NCBI GenBank assembly: GCA_040877285.1
Contig: JBBDNZ010000207.1
Span: 1 to 52,821, forward strand
Source of the DNA: Xanthobacteraceae bacterium
GTDB taxonomy: Bacteria; Pseudomonadota; Alphaproteobacteria; Rhizobiales; Xanthobacteraceae
Direction: 5' to 3'
Length of the DNA: 52,821 nucleotides
Part shown: positions 26,308 through 34,464 of the stretch, piece by piece
How positions within the stretch are numbered: the first letter of the stretch is position 1
Layout: each line of letters starts with the position of its first letter
Translations under genes and position numbers: made by a program
The notes under the pieces: model-generated
Databases searched by the model: none
Told to the model about the DNA's origin: nothing
Seen by the model: the letters and a program-made list of their open reading frames with translations, nothing else

Positions 26308-27360
26308 ATGGCTGGCACGGAATCAACGCACGACACCTCGCAAGCCGGCGAAGTAAGGATCGAAAAAAGCGAGGCGCACTACTCCTGCGACCGCATGGAC
26401 ACCATCACCCGCGCGGGGCTCAAGGCCGGCCTGGGCATGCCCTATGAATGTAACGCGGGCGGCTGCGGCACCTGCCGCTTCGAGCTGGTCGAGGGCGAGG
26501 TGGAAAATCTCTATCCCAACGCGCCCGCGCTGACCGAGCGCGACCGCAAGCGCGGGCGTCAACTGGCCTGCCAGTCTCGCCCCAAGGGTAACGTCACCAT
26601 CCGCATACGCCTTGACGACATGTATATCCCCAAGGTGATGCCCCGGCGGCAGAAATACCAACTGATCAGCGCCACCCCTGTCACCCATGACATCTCGGAA
26701 TTTAAATTCCGCTCCGGCGAGCCGCACTGCTTCCTGCCCGGCCAATACGCGCAAATCTATATCGAGGGCGTGCCGGCGCCGCGCGGCTATTCCATGAGCA
26801 ACATCGCCAACGAGCCGAGCACGGATTGGGAATTCCAGATTCGCAAGAAGCCGGGCGGCGTCGCGACGACGGCGCTGTTCGAGCGCCTGAAGCCGGGCGA
26901 CACGGTGCATATCGATGGCCCTTACGGCCATGCCTATCTGCGCGAGGATTCTCCGCGCGATGTGGTCTGCGTCGCCGGCGGCTCGGGCGTCTCGCCCATG
27001 CTGTCGATCGCCCGCGGCATGGCGGCCTCGCCGAAGATGCAAGGCCGCACGCTCTATTTCTTCATGGGCGGACGCGCGCCGCGTGACATCACCGGCGAAG
27101 AAGCGTTGAGCAAGCTGCCGGGCTGGGAGGAGACCATTCATTTCCATCCCGCCATTTCGGAGCTGGGGCTGAATGAGCGCGGCGAGTGGTCCGGACGCTT
27201 CGGCCTGATCCATGAAGTCGTGGCGGAAACGCATGCCGGCCGCATGCCCGAGTTCGAATGGTACTTTGCCGGGCCCCCGCCCATGGTCAACGCCGTGGCG
27301 GACGTGCTGCGCCTTGCCGGCGTGCCGCTGGAGCAGCAGCACTTCGATCGGTATTTTTGA
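26308..27360 (+). CDS. [2Fe-2S] ferredoxin-FAD-NAD(P)H oxidoreductase (class IB oxygenase-reductase architecture)
   Basis: Plant-type cluster motif CNAGGCGTC ... LACQS, flavin motif RGYSMSN and nucleotide motif VCVAGGSGVSPMLS. Confidence 0.85.
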   Translation: MAGTESTHDTSQAGEVRIEKSEAHYSCDRMDTITRAGLKAGLGMPYECNAGGCGTCRFELVEGEVENLYPNAPALTERDRKRGRQLACQSRPKGNVTIRIRLDDMYIPKVMPRRQKYQLISATPVTHDISEFKFRSGEPHCFLPGQYAQIYIEGVPAPRGYSMSNIANEPSTDWEFQIRKKPGGVATTALFERLKPGDTVHIDGPYGHAYLREDSPRDVVCVAGGSGVSPMLSIARGMAASPKMQGRTLYFFMGGRAPRDITGEEALSKLPGWEETIHFHPAISELGLNERGEWSGRFGLIHEVVAETHAGRMPEFEWYFAGPPPMVNAVADVLRLAGVPLEQQHFDRYF

Positions 27361-27373
27361 TTTCTTACTTTCT

Positions 27374-27398
27374 CATGGCCGGGACAAGCCCGGCCATG
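27374..27398. repeat. REP-like GC-rich hairpin between convergent genes
   Basis: CATGGCCGGG-acaag-CCCGGCCATG (10-bp stem). No T-tract follows on either strand. Confidence 0.7.
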
Positions 27399-27404
27399 AC
27401 GACG

Positions 27405-28883
27405 TTAGAGCCCCGCCCCTGCCGTCCGCTTCTCGCCCAGCCAATCCCCGATGCTTTCGGCCGCGCGTTCGGCCAGCACGTGGCCGATCAGCACCAGCAC
27501 GGGGCCGCTCGGCGCTTCGGCGGCGAGCCGCGCCGGCAGCTCGCCAATAGGCGCGGCGATGATGGTTTCATCGGGGCGGGTTGCTCGCGCCACCGCGATT
27601 GCGGGCGTTGCTGAATCAAGACCAGCGGCGATAGCTTTGGCTACGAGGCCGCCAAGGGTCTTCATCGGCATATAGACCGCCGTGGTGGCGCTCGCGTCGG
27701 CCAGGCTCTTCCAATCGATGTCGTCGGGAAGCTGGCCGTTCTCGCCATGCCCCGTCACGTATTGCACGCGCCGCGCATGCTTGCGGTGGGTGAGCGAGAT
27801 GGCAAGACGGCTTGCCACGCCCTGCGCCGCGGTGATGCCGGGCACCACCTCGATGGGAATGCCGGCGGCGCGGCAGGCGGTGACTTCCTCGCCGCCGCGG
27901 CCAAAAATCATCGGGTCGCCGCCCTTGAGCCGCACCACGCGCTTGCCGGCCTTGGCCAGCGTGACCATCAGCGCGTTGATCTCGTCCTGCTTGCAGGCGG
28001 GGCCGTGGCCGGTCTTGCCCACCAGCATTTTCTTCGCCTCGCGACGGGCAAAATCCAAAATTTCCGCCGATACCAGATCGTCGATCAGGATCACGTCGGC
28101 GGATTGCAGCGCGCGCACCGCGCGCAGCGTCAGCAGTTCGGGATTGCCGGGACCGGCGCCGACCAAAGTCACGCTGCCGGACTCCGCCGCAGCGCCCTCG
28201 TTCTTGGCTTGCACGATCAAACGGTCGAAATCTGAAGCCGCCGGTTCCTGATTGGGATGCGTCACCGCAAAGGCGGTAAAGATTTGCCAGAAGCGGCGGC
28301 GGCCGGCGAAGGACAGGCCCGACGCCTTCACCTGGTCGCGCCAGCGCCGCGCGGCGGCAGCCCACTGGGCAAAACCCTGCGGAATGAGCGCTTCGAGCTT
28401 GGCGCGAATGGCCAGGGCAAAAACTGGCGCGGCACCATCGGTGGAAACACCGATGACCAGCGGCGAACGGTTGACGATGGAGCCGAAGGCGAAATCGCAA
28501 AAGGCCGGCTTGTCGATGACATTCACCGGCACGCCCGCGGCGCGCGCGGCGGCGGCGAACAAAGCCCCTTCGGCATCGTCAACGCAGCCGCCGACCGCAA
28601 TCGCCGCGCCGGAAAAATCCGCTGCATCCCATTTGCGCCGGTGCAGGACGATCGCGCCGCGGGGAGCGTCGGCCACAAGCGCGAGCAATTCCTCGGAAGT
28701 GTCGTCCGCATAGACATCGACATTGGCGCCTGCGGCCGACAGAAGCTCCGCCTTCCACGCCGAGGCCGAGCTGCCGCCCGCCACCAATGCGCGCTTGCCT
28801 TCCAGCGCCAGAAACACCGGCAGCCGCGCCAGCGGCTCCATGCGCGGGGAACGGGTTTCAACGGGGGTGCGGTCGTCGCTCAT
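27405..28883 (-). CDS. cysG: siroheme synthase (precorrin-2 dehydrogenase/ferrochelatase + uroporphyrinogen-III C-methyltransferase)
   Basis: N-terminal Rossmann LALEGKRALVAGGSSASAWKAELL and the C-terminal methylase VTLVGAGPGNPELLTLRAVRALQSADVILIDDLV. The ATG at 28883 lies 2 nt after the cysI stop; the ORF track starts it at a TTG at 28889. Confidence 0.85.
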   Translation of the reverse strand: MSDDRTPVETRSPRMEPLARLPVFLALEGKRALVAGGSSASAWKAELLSAAGANVDVYADDTSEELLALVADAPRGAIVLHRRKWDAADFSGAAIAVGGCVDDAEGALFAAAARAAGVPVNVIDKPAFCDFAFGSIVNRSPLVIGVSTDGAAPVFALAIRAKLEALIPQGFAQWAAAARRWRDQVKASGLSFAGRRRFWQIFTAFAVTHPNQEPAASDFDRLIVQAKNEGAAAESGSVTLVGAGPGNPELLTLRAVRALQSADVILIDDLVSAEILDFARREAKKMLVGKTGHGPACKQDEINALMVTLAKAGKRVVRLKGGDPMIFGRGGEEVTACRAAGIPIEVVPGITAAQGVASRLAISLTHRKHARRVQYVTGHGENGQLPDDIDWKSLADASATTAVYMPMKTLGGLVAKAIAAGLDSATPAIAVARATRPDETIIAAPIGELPARLAAEAPSGPVLVLIGHVLAERAAESIGDWLGEKRTAGAGL

Positions 28884-28885
28884 GA

Positions 28886-30601
28886 TCAAGCCGTGCGCTT
28901 TGCGCCGGTGTCGTTGTGGAAGTCGGGACCGTTTCCGGTTTGCGCGACAAAGCCGGCGCGGATCGCATAGTCGCCAAAACGCTCACCCTCGTTGCGTTCG
29001 CTCTTATAGGCGGCGAAGATCGGATCGAGCGCGGCGACGATGCCCTTGTGGTCGAGTTCCTCGGCGTAAAGCTTCGACAGGCGCGAGCCGTCGAAGGCCG
29101 CGCCAAGGTAGAGATTGTATTTGCCGGGACCTGTTCCCACCAATCCAATCTCAGCAAGGTATGGCCGCGCACAGCCGTTGGGGCAGCCGGTCATGCGAAC
29201 GATGATCTCGTCGTCGGTCAGCCCGTGCGAAGCCAGGCGCTCTTCCACCTCGGTGATGAGGTCCGGCAGGAAGCGCTCGCTCTCCGCCAGCGCCAGGCCG
29301 CAGGTCGGCAGCGCGACGCAGGCCATGGAGTTGCGGCGCACCGGCGAAGCGTCGGCCGTCAGTTTATGCTTCTCGACCAGCTTTCCGATGTCCCAACGCT
29401 TGTCCGGCGCCACATTGGCGATGATGATGTTCTGGTTGGCGGTGAGGCGGAAATCGCCGTCGTGCATCTCCGCAATCTGTCTCAGCCCGGTGAGCCATTG
29501 CGGTCCGCCGGGGATATCGCGCAGCCGGCCATTTTGCACGAACAGCGTCAAATGGCCGTTGCCGTCCTCGCTTTCGGTCCAGCCATAGCGATCGCCGGTG
29601 GAATCGAAGGTGAAAGGCTTCGGCTGGCCCAATTTCACGCCGCTGCGCTTTTCCACCTCGGCGCGGAAGGCGGCGAGACCGCGATCCTCGATGGTATATT
29701 TGAGCCGCGCATGCTTGCGCTCGACCCGGTCGCCCCAGTCGCGCTGCACGGTGACGACGGCTTCGGCCACCGCCACGGCCTGTTCCGGCGTGCAAAAACC
29801 CATCACGTCGGCGGTGCGCGGAAAGGTTTCCGGCTCGCCGTGGGTCATGCCCATGCCGCCGCCGACGGTGACGTTGTAACCCTTGACGTCGCCGTCGGCG
29901 TCGAGGATGGCGATGTAGCCGAGATCGTGGGCGTAAACGTCCACGTCGTTGGACGGCGGCACGGCGACCACCGTCTTGAACTTCCGCGGCAGGTAGGTCT
30001 TGCCGTAGATCGGCTCCACCACCTCTTCCTCGCCGCCGGCGATGCGCTCGCCGTCGAGCCAGATTTCGCGATAGGCCGGCGTGCGCGGCAAGAGATGATC
30101 GGAGATCGCCTTGGCGGTCGCGTAAGCCGCGGCATGCGCGCGCGACTGATACGGATTGGGATTGCACATCACGTTGCGGTTGACGTCGCCGCAGGCCGCT
30201 ATGGTGGTGAGCAGCGCCTCGTCGATCTCACGCATGGTCGCCTTGAGATTCGACTTGATGATGCCGTGCAGCTGAAACGTCTGCCGCGTGGTCAGCCGCA
30301 TGGTGCGGTTGCCGTAGGTGCAGGCGACTTCATGCAGGTGGAGAAATTGCGCCGGCGTGCATACGCCGCCGGGGATGCGCAGGCGCAGCATGAAGGCGAA
30401 AGCCTTCTCCATTTTCTTTTTGCCGCGCTCCGGCCGCAGGTCGCGATCGTCCTGCAGGTACATGCCGTGGAATTTCACCAGCTGCTGATCTTCTTCGATG
30501 ATCGCGCCGGTGATTTTCTCGCGCAGGCCCTCCGCCAGCGTGCCGCGCAGATAGGCGCTCGCTTCCTTGATGCGTTCGTTGCGGGAGAGTTCTTTGGTCA
30601 T
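28886..30601 (-). CDS. cysI: assimilatory sulfite reductase (NADPH) hemoprotein beta-component
   Basis: N-terminus NERIKEASAYLRGTL ... FHGMYLQDDRD, and the siroheme/[4Fe-4S] cysteine motifs ACVALPTCGLALAE and TGCPNGCARPYLAEIG. Confidence 0.9.
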   Translation of the reverse strand: MTKELSRNERIKEASAYLRGTLAEGLREKITGAIIEEDQQLVKFHGMYLQDDRDLRPERGKKKMEKAFAFMLRLRIPGGVCTPAQFLHLHEVACTYGNRTMRLTTRQTFQLHGIIKSNLKATMREIDEALLTTIAACGDVNRNVMCNPNPYQSRAHAAAYATAKAISDHLLPRTPAYREIWLDGERIAGGEEEVVEPIYGKTYLPRKFKTVVAVPPSNDVDVYAHDLGYIAILDADGDVKGYNVTVGGGMGMTHGEPETFPRTADVMGFCTPEQAVAVAEAVVTVQRDWGDRVERKHARLKYTIEDRGLAAFRAEVEKRSGVKLGQPKPFTFDSTGDRYGWTESEDGNGHLTLFVQNGRLRDIPGGPQWLTGLRQIAEMHDGDFRLTANQNIIIANVAPDKRWDIGKLVEKHKLTADASPVRRNSMACVALPTCGLALAESERFLPDLITEVEERLASHGLTDDEIIVRMTGCPNGCARPYLAEIGLVGTGPGKYNLYLGAAFDGSRLSKLYAEELDHKGIVAALDPIFAAYKSERNEGERFGDYAIRAGFVAQTGNGPDFHNDTGAKRTA

Positions 30602-30628
30602 TTCGTGATGCTCATCTCAGGTGCCGAC

Positions 30629-30750
30629 CCTACTCCCTCCCCCGCTTGCGGGGGAGGGTTGGGGAGGGGGAAACTACTTTTTGCAGTTGAAGCCTAGCCC
30701 CCTCCCGCCCCGTCTGCGCCGGGTCGACCTCCCCCGCACGCGGGGAAGGT
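30629..30750. repeat. triple-hairpin G/C-rich intergenic repeat element, copy A (between cysJ and cysI)
   Basis: Hairpins are CCCTCCCCCGC-tt-GCGGGGGAGGG (30635-30658), GGGGAGGGGG ... CCCCCTCCC (30661-30706) and CCTCCCCCGC-ac-GCGGGGAAGG (30728-30749). It aligns block for block with the reverse complement of 43351-43470. Confidence 0.8.
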
Positions 30751-30762
30751 GAAAGGAGCAAT

Positions 30763-32553
30763 TCAATACGTATCCTGCAGATAGCGGTGGGCGCGGTCGA
30801 GGTCGCTGACCGCCTTTTCCGCCGCTTCCGCGCCGAGGCCTTTGACGTCCGCATAGGCGCGCACCAGGGTCGAGCGCACGTCCTTGGCCATCGCCTTGGC
30901 GTCGCCGCAGACATAGAAATAAGCGCCCTTGTCCAGCCATTCGATGAGGTCGCGGCGCTTTTCCCACATGCGGTTCTGCACATAGACCTTTTCGGGCGTG
31001 TCGCGGGAGAAGGCGACGTCCATGCGCGTGAGCGAGCCGTCCTTTACGGCGTTCTGCCAGTCGAGCTGGTAGAGGAAATCGTGGGTGAACTGGCGGTCCC
31101 CGAAGAACAACCAGGACTTTCCGGTGGCGGAGGTGGCGCGGCGCTCCTGCACGAAGGCGCGGAAGGGCGCGATGCCGGTGCCCGGCCCCACCATGATGAT
31201 ATCCTGGTCCGGCGCGGGCAGCGCGAAATGCTTGTTCGGCCGCAGCTTCACCTTGATGCGCTGGCCTTTCTTCAATTGGTCGGCGACATAGCCGGAGGCC
31301 ACGCCCTTGCGTGCGCGGCCGAAGCTTTCGTAACGCACGGCGGAGATCAGCAGATGCGCTTCCTCGCCCACTTCGCTGCGCGAGGAAGCGATGGAATAGG
31401 CGCGCGGCGCCAGCGTGCGCGTCACCTTGCGGACGTGGTCGGCGGTGAGCGCGATAGGAAACTGCAGGACCAAATCGATGAGCTGCCGGCCGACGATCCA
31501 ATCTTTGGCGCCGCCTGAGTCGAGCAGTTCCTTCACATAGCGGTGGCCGGTCTCAGCGGCATAAGTTTCCACGGCTTTTAGCGACAACGTGGTGATGTCG
31601 CGGCTCTTGGTCAGCTCGGTGCGCAAGGCCGAGTCCGCGGCGAGGCCCGCCGCCTTGAGGAAATCCTCCACATAGGCGGGATCGTTCTCCGGGTAGAGGT
31701 CAAGCGAGTCACCGGGCTTATACGCAGGCGTGGCGCCGTCGAAGCTCAGTTCGACGTGATAGGTTTCCTTGCCCGATCGCGAGGAATTGAGATCGATCAG
31801 CTCGATGATCTCAGCCTCCACCGGACCCAGATCGGCGGCAGGCGCCGCTTTCGCGCCGAAATCGACGGCGATGACTCGGCTGCGATCGGCGTCTTCCGGC
31901 GCCAGCGCCTTCAGGGCGCCTTCGATCCATTTCGCGGCGGGTTCTTCGAAATCCAGGTCGCAATCGACACGGTCGGCGACGCGCTTGGCTCCCAGCGCTT
32001 CAAGCCGCGCGTCCAGCTTTTTGCCGATGGCGCAGAATTCCGTATAGGCGGTATCCCCCAGCGCGAGCACGCCGAACTCGACGCCGTCGAGCCGCGGCGC
32101 GCCTTCGCCCATCAGTTCGCCATAGGCCCGAATGGCACGGGCGGGAGGATCGCCCTCGCCCCAGGTCGCGGCGATGACGACCAAGCGCTTCACCGAAGCG
32201 AGCGCCGCCATTTCCAGGTCGGCCATATCGACGACACTGGGCTTGAAGCCCATCTTGCGCGCAGCCTTGGCCATATCCGAGGCAAGCCGCTCGGAATTGC
32301 CGGATTCCGTGGCATAGAGGATGGTCAGCGGCTCGGTAGGCTGTGCAGGCGCGGCTGGCTGCGGGGCCGCTACGGCAGCGGCATGGGCGCCCGTGGCGGC
32401 GGCAGCGGCGCCGGTGGCGGCCGCATCGAGCCCAGCCAAAAAGCCGGCCAGCCAAGCGCGCTGGATCGGGGTGGCGGGCCCCACCACGCGGTTGAGAATT
32501 GCGATCTCTTCCTGGCCGAAGGGGGCCGTGTTTGGGATCGGGTAAAAAGCCAT
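30763..32553 (-). CDS. cysJ: assimilatory sulfite reductase (NADPH) flavoprotein alpha-component
   Basis: Start trimmed to MAFYPIPNTAPF. Flavodoxin block LTILYATESGNSERLA, FAD motif RAYSIASS, NADPH motif IIMVGPGTGIAPFRAF and the C-terminal YLQDTY. Confidence 0.9.
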   Translation of the reverse strand: MAFYPIPNTAPFGQEEIAILNRVVGPATPIQRAWLAGFLAGLDAAATGAAAAATGAHAAAVAAPQPAAPAQPTEPLTILYATESGNSERLASDMAKAARKMGFKPSVVDMADLEMAALASVKRLVVIAATWGEGDPPARAIRAYGELMGEGAPRLDGVEFGVLALGDTAYTEFCAIGKKLDARLEALGAKRVADRVDCDLDFEEPAAKWIEGALKALAPEDADRSRVIAVDFGAKAAPAADLGPVEAEIIELIDLNSSRSGKETYHVELSFDGATPAYKPGDSLDLYPENDPAYVEDFLKAAGLAADSALRTELTKSRDITTLSLKAVETYAAETGHRYVKELLDSGGAKDWIVGRQLIDLVLQFPIALTADHVRKVTRTLAPRAYSIASSRSEVGEEAHLLISAVRYESFGRARKGVASGYVADQLKKGQRIKVKLRPNKHFALPAPDQDIIMVGPGTGIAPFRAFVQERRATSATGKSWLFFGDRQFTHDFLYQLDWQNAVKDGSLTRMDVAFSRDTPEKVYVQNRMWEKRRDLIEWLDKGAYFYVCGDAKAMAKDVRSTLVRAYADVKGLGAEAAEKAVSDLDRAHRYLQDTY

Positions 32554-32967
32554 GTTGGACGCCGCTTTGCTGCGATTGTTGCAGCCGATTGCCGAAGGCC
32601 ATTTATAGAATGTTTTTCTTTTATAAGACAATAATAGCCGGATAAAAAGAATAGATATGCTACTAACAGGCTTTAATTGATAAAATATTCTATTTTTGAC
32701 CTCCGACGAAGCAACGATCCGCCATCACGGGCGACACACCGCTACAGCGGCCCGGAGTGCGGCCGCCAAGGTGACCAAGATTTCACTTGTTTCCACCGCC
32801 GGTTTCGGGGACGACGCCTTGCCCCCGAGCGCGATGCCGGCAGGTCACACTGCTAAGTGTAATTCGCAAAAGCGGGGCCGAAAGGAAGCCGCGCCGCCAT
32901 ACGCCAATGAGCCTATCGTATAGTATCGACGCGACTCCGCCTTTTTGACGGAGTTCAGTTCGAGGAC

Positions 32968-34464
32968 ATGCGTATGCGTTGGCAGCCGCCATTTCTTGCT
33001 TCGCGCATTCGTGTCGCCGGTTTTCGTCCGGCGTTTTCGATCTTCTGGAGTATCTGCCTCGTGCAAATGCTGTCCGGATGCATCCTCGGCTCTGAGAAGC
33101 CCGAACTTGCCGTCGATATCCCGGCGGCCTACCGGGCGGGCGGGCCTGCGCCGAATGCGGCGTTGCCTTCATCTGATTGGTGGCGCGGCTTTCGCTCGCG
33201 CGAGCTGACGGCACTCGTCGAGGAAGCCCAGGTTGCCAATCTCGACATCGCCGCGGCGGTGGGGCGCATCTTGCAGGCCGATGCGCAAGCCCGCATTAGC
33301 GGCGCGCCGCTGCTGCCGATTCTTGACTTGAATGCCGATGCAAGCCGTTCCCGCGCCTCTCAGTCGACAGGAACATCAGGCGCATCGAGCAGCAGGGGAC
33401 CATCGGAGCGCACGTCCTACAACGGATTTTTGGCGGCAAGCTACGAGATCGATTTCTGGGGCAAGAACCGGGCGGCTTGGCGCGCGGCCGAGGAAGCCGC
33501 CGTGGCCAGCCGCTTCGCCCATGAAGTCGTCCAGATCACCACCGTCACAAGCGTCGCCAACGCCTATTTCCAGGTCTTGGCCGCACAGGATCGCTTGCGC
33601 GTGGCGCGGAACAACGAAGCGAGCGCGACGCGCATTCTGGAGTTGTTCCGCCAGCGGCTGCAGGCCGGCACCGCGTCCTCGCTCGACATCGCGCAGCAGG
33701 AAAGCGTGGTGGCTACGCAACGCGCGGCCATTCCGCTTCTGGAGCAGCAGTTGCGCCAGAATATGCACGCGCTCGCCGTCCTGGTGGGGCGATCTCCGGA
33801 ATTCGTCACCATACGCGGCGGCAGCATGTCGCAGATCGCAATCCCGCGCATTACACCCGGCCTGCCGTCAGACCTGCTCTTGCAGCGGCCTGATATCCGG
33901 GAAGCGGAGGCTCAGCTCGCTTCCGCCAACGGCGACGTGGAAGCGGCACGCGCGGCGTTTTTCCCGAGCATCTCTTTAACCGGCGACGGCGGTTATCGAA
34001 GCGATACCCTCAAGAATCTATTCACGCCGGAAGCGGCTTTTTTCACCGTGGCGGGTAATCTTACGCAGCCGATTTTCGACGCAGGGCGCCTGCAAGGCGA
34101 TCTCGACTTGCAGCACGGACGTCAGCAGGAGCTCTTGCAACTGTACCGCAAGGCGGTGGTGTCGGCTTTCGCCGACGTGGAGAATGCGCTCGTCGCCGTT
34201 CAACAGACTGCGCGGCGCGAACGCCTCCAAGGTGAAGTCGTTGCCAGTTCCCGCCGCGCCTTCGAGATTTCGGAGACGCGCCTGCGCGAAGGCACGATCG
34301 ACCTCGTGACCCTGCTCGATACCCAGCAGACCCTGTTCCAGGCCGAGGATGCCTTGGCGCAGGCGCGTCTCGCGCATCTGCAGGCGATCGTGAGTCTATT
34401 CCAGGCCTTGGGCGGAAGCTGGGCCGAAAAACCGGCGGTCGTGACCGCCAACGAGGCGCCATGA
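32968..34464 (+). CDS. RND efflux outer membrane factor lipoprotein, NodT family
   Basis: Lipobox QMLSGC and the paired OEP repeats typical of NodT/OprM-type channels. Its stop overlaps the next start (ATGA at 34461-34464). Confidence 0.85.
   Translation: MRMRWQPPFLASRIRVAGFRPAFSIFWSICLVQMLSGCILGSEKPELAVDIPAAYRAGGPAPNAALPSSDWWRGFRSRELTALVEEAQVANLDIAAAVGRILQADAQARISGAPLLPILDLNADASRSRASQSTGTSGASSSRGPSERTSYNGFLAASYEIDFWGKNRAAWRAAEEAAVASRFAHEVVQITTVTSVANAYFQVLAAQDRLRVARNNEASATRILELFRQRLQAGTASSLDIAQQESVVATQRAAIPLLEQQLRQNMHALAVLVGRSPEFVTIRGGSMSQIAIPRITPGLPSDLLLQRPDIREAEAQLASANGDVEAARAAFFPSISLTGDGGYRSDTLKNLFTPEAAFFTVAGNLTQPIFDAGRLQGDLDLQHGRQQELLQLYRKAVVSAFADVENALVAVQQTARRERLQGEVVASSRRAFEISETRLREGTIDLVTLLDTQQTLFQAEDALAQARLAHLQAIVSLFQALGGSWAEKPAVVTANEAP

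Noticed and set aside
26308-27360. Calling the Fer2-FAD-NAD reductase a methane monooxygenase reductase (MmoC)
   Set aside because: The domain order matches MmoC, but it equally matches BenC, XylZ and phenol hydroxylase reductases. No mmoXYBZ-type genes are nearby, so only the generic architecture is claimed.
28916-30697. 593-aa ORF antisense to cysI, plus 26323-27342 opposite the reductase, 22397-23542 opposite the MHYT receptor, 46851-48089 opposite the porin, 49859-51037 opposite the AapJ-like gene and 680-1834 opposite the acyl-CoA dehydrogenase
   Set aside because: The reasoning is the same in each case. The partner strand encodes a protein with diagnostic motifs, and the antisense frames are open only because stop codons are rare at this GC content.
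30602-30762. CRISPR array or protein-coding potential in the G/C-rich palindromic spacers (here and at 43278-43473)
   Set aside because: There are only two dispersed copies, each made of internal inverted repeats rather than regularly spaced direct repeats. The ORFs through them (for example 30630-30983 and 43362-43577) are Gly/Pro/Arg pseudo-peptides generated by the palindromes.
32696-32923. 75-aa ORF in the cysJ / efflux intergenic region
   Set aside because: It has a TTG start without an SD, weak third-position G/C bias by hand count and no recognisable features. It is kept only as part of the non-coding region finding.
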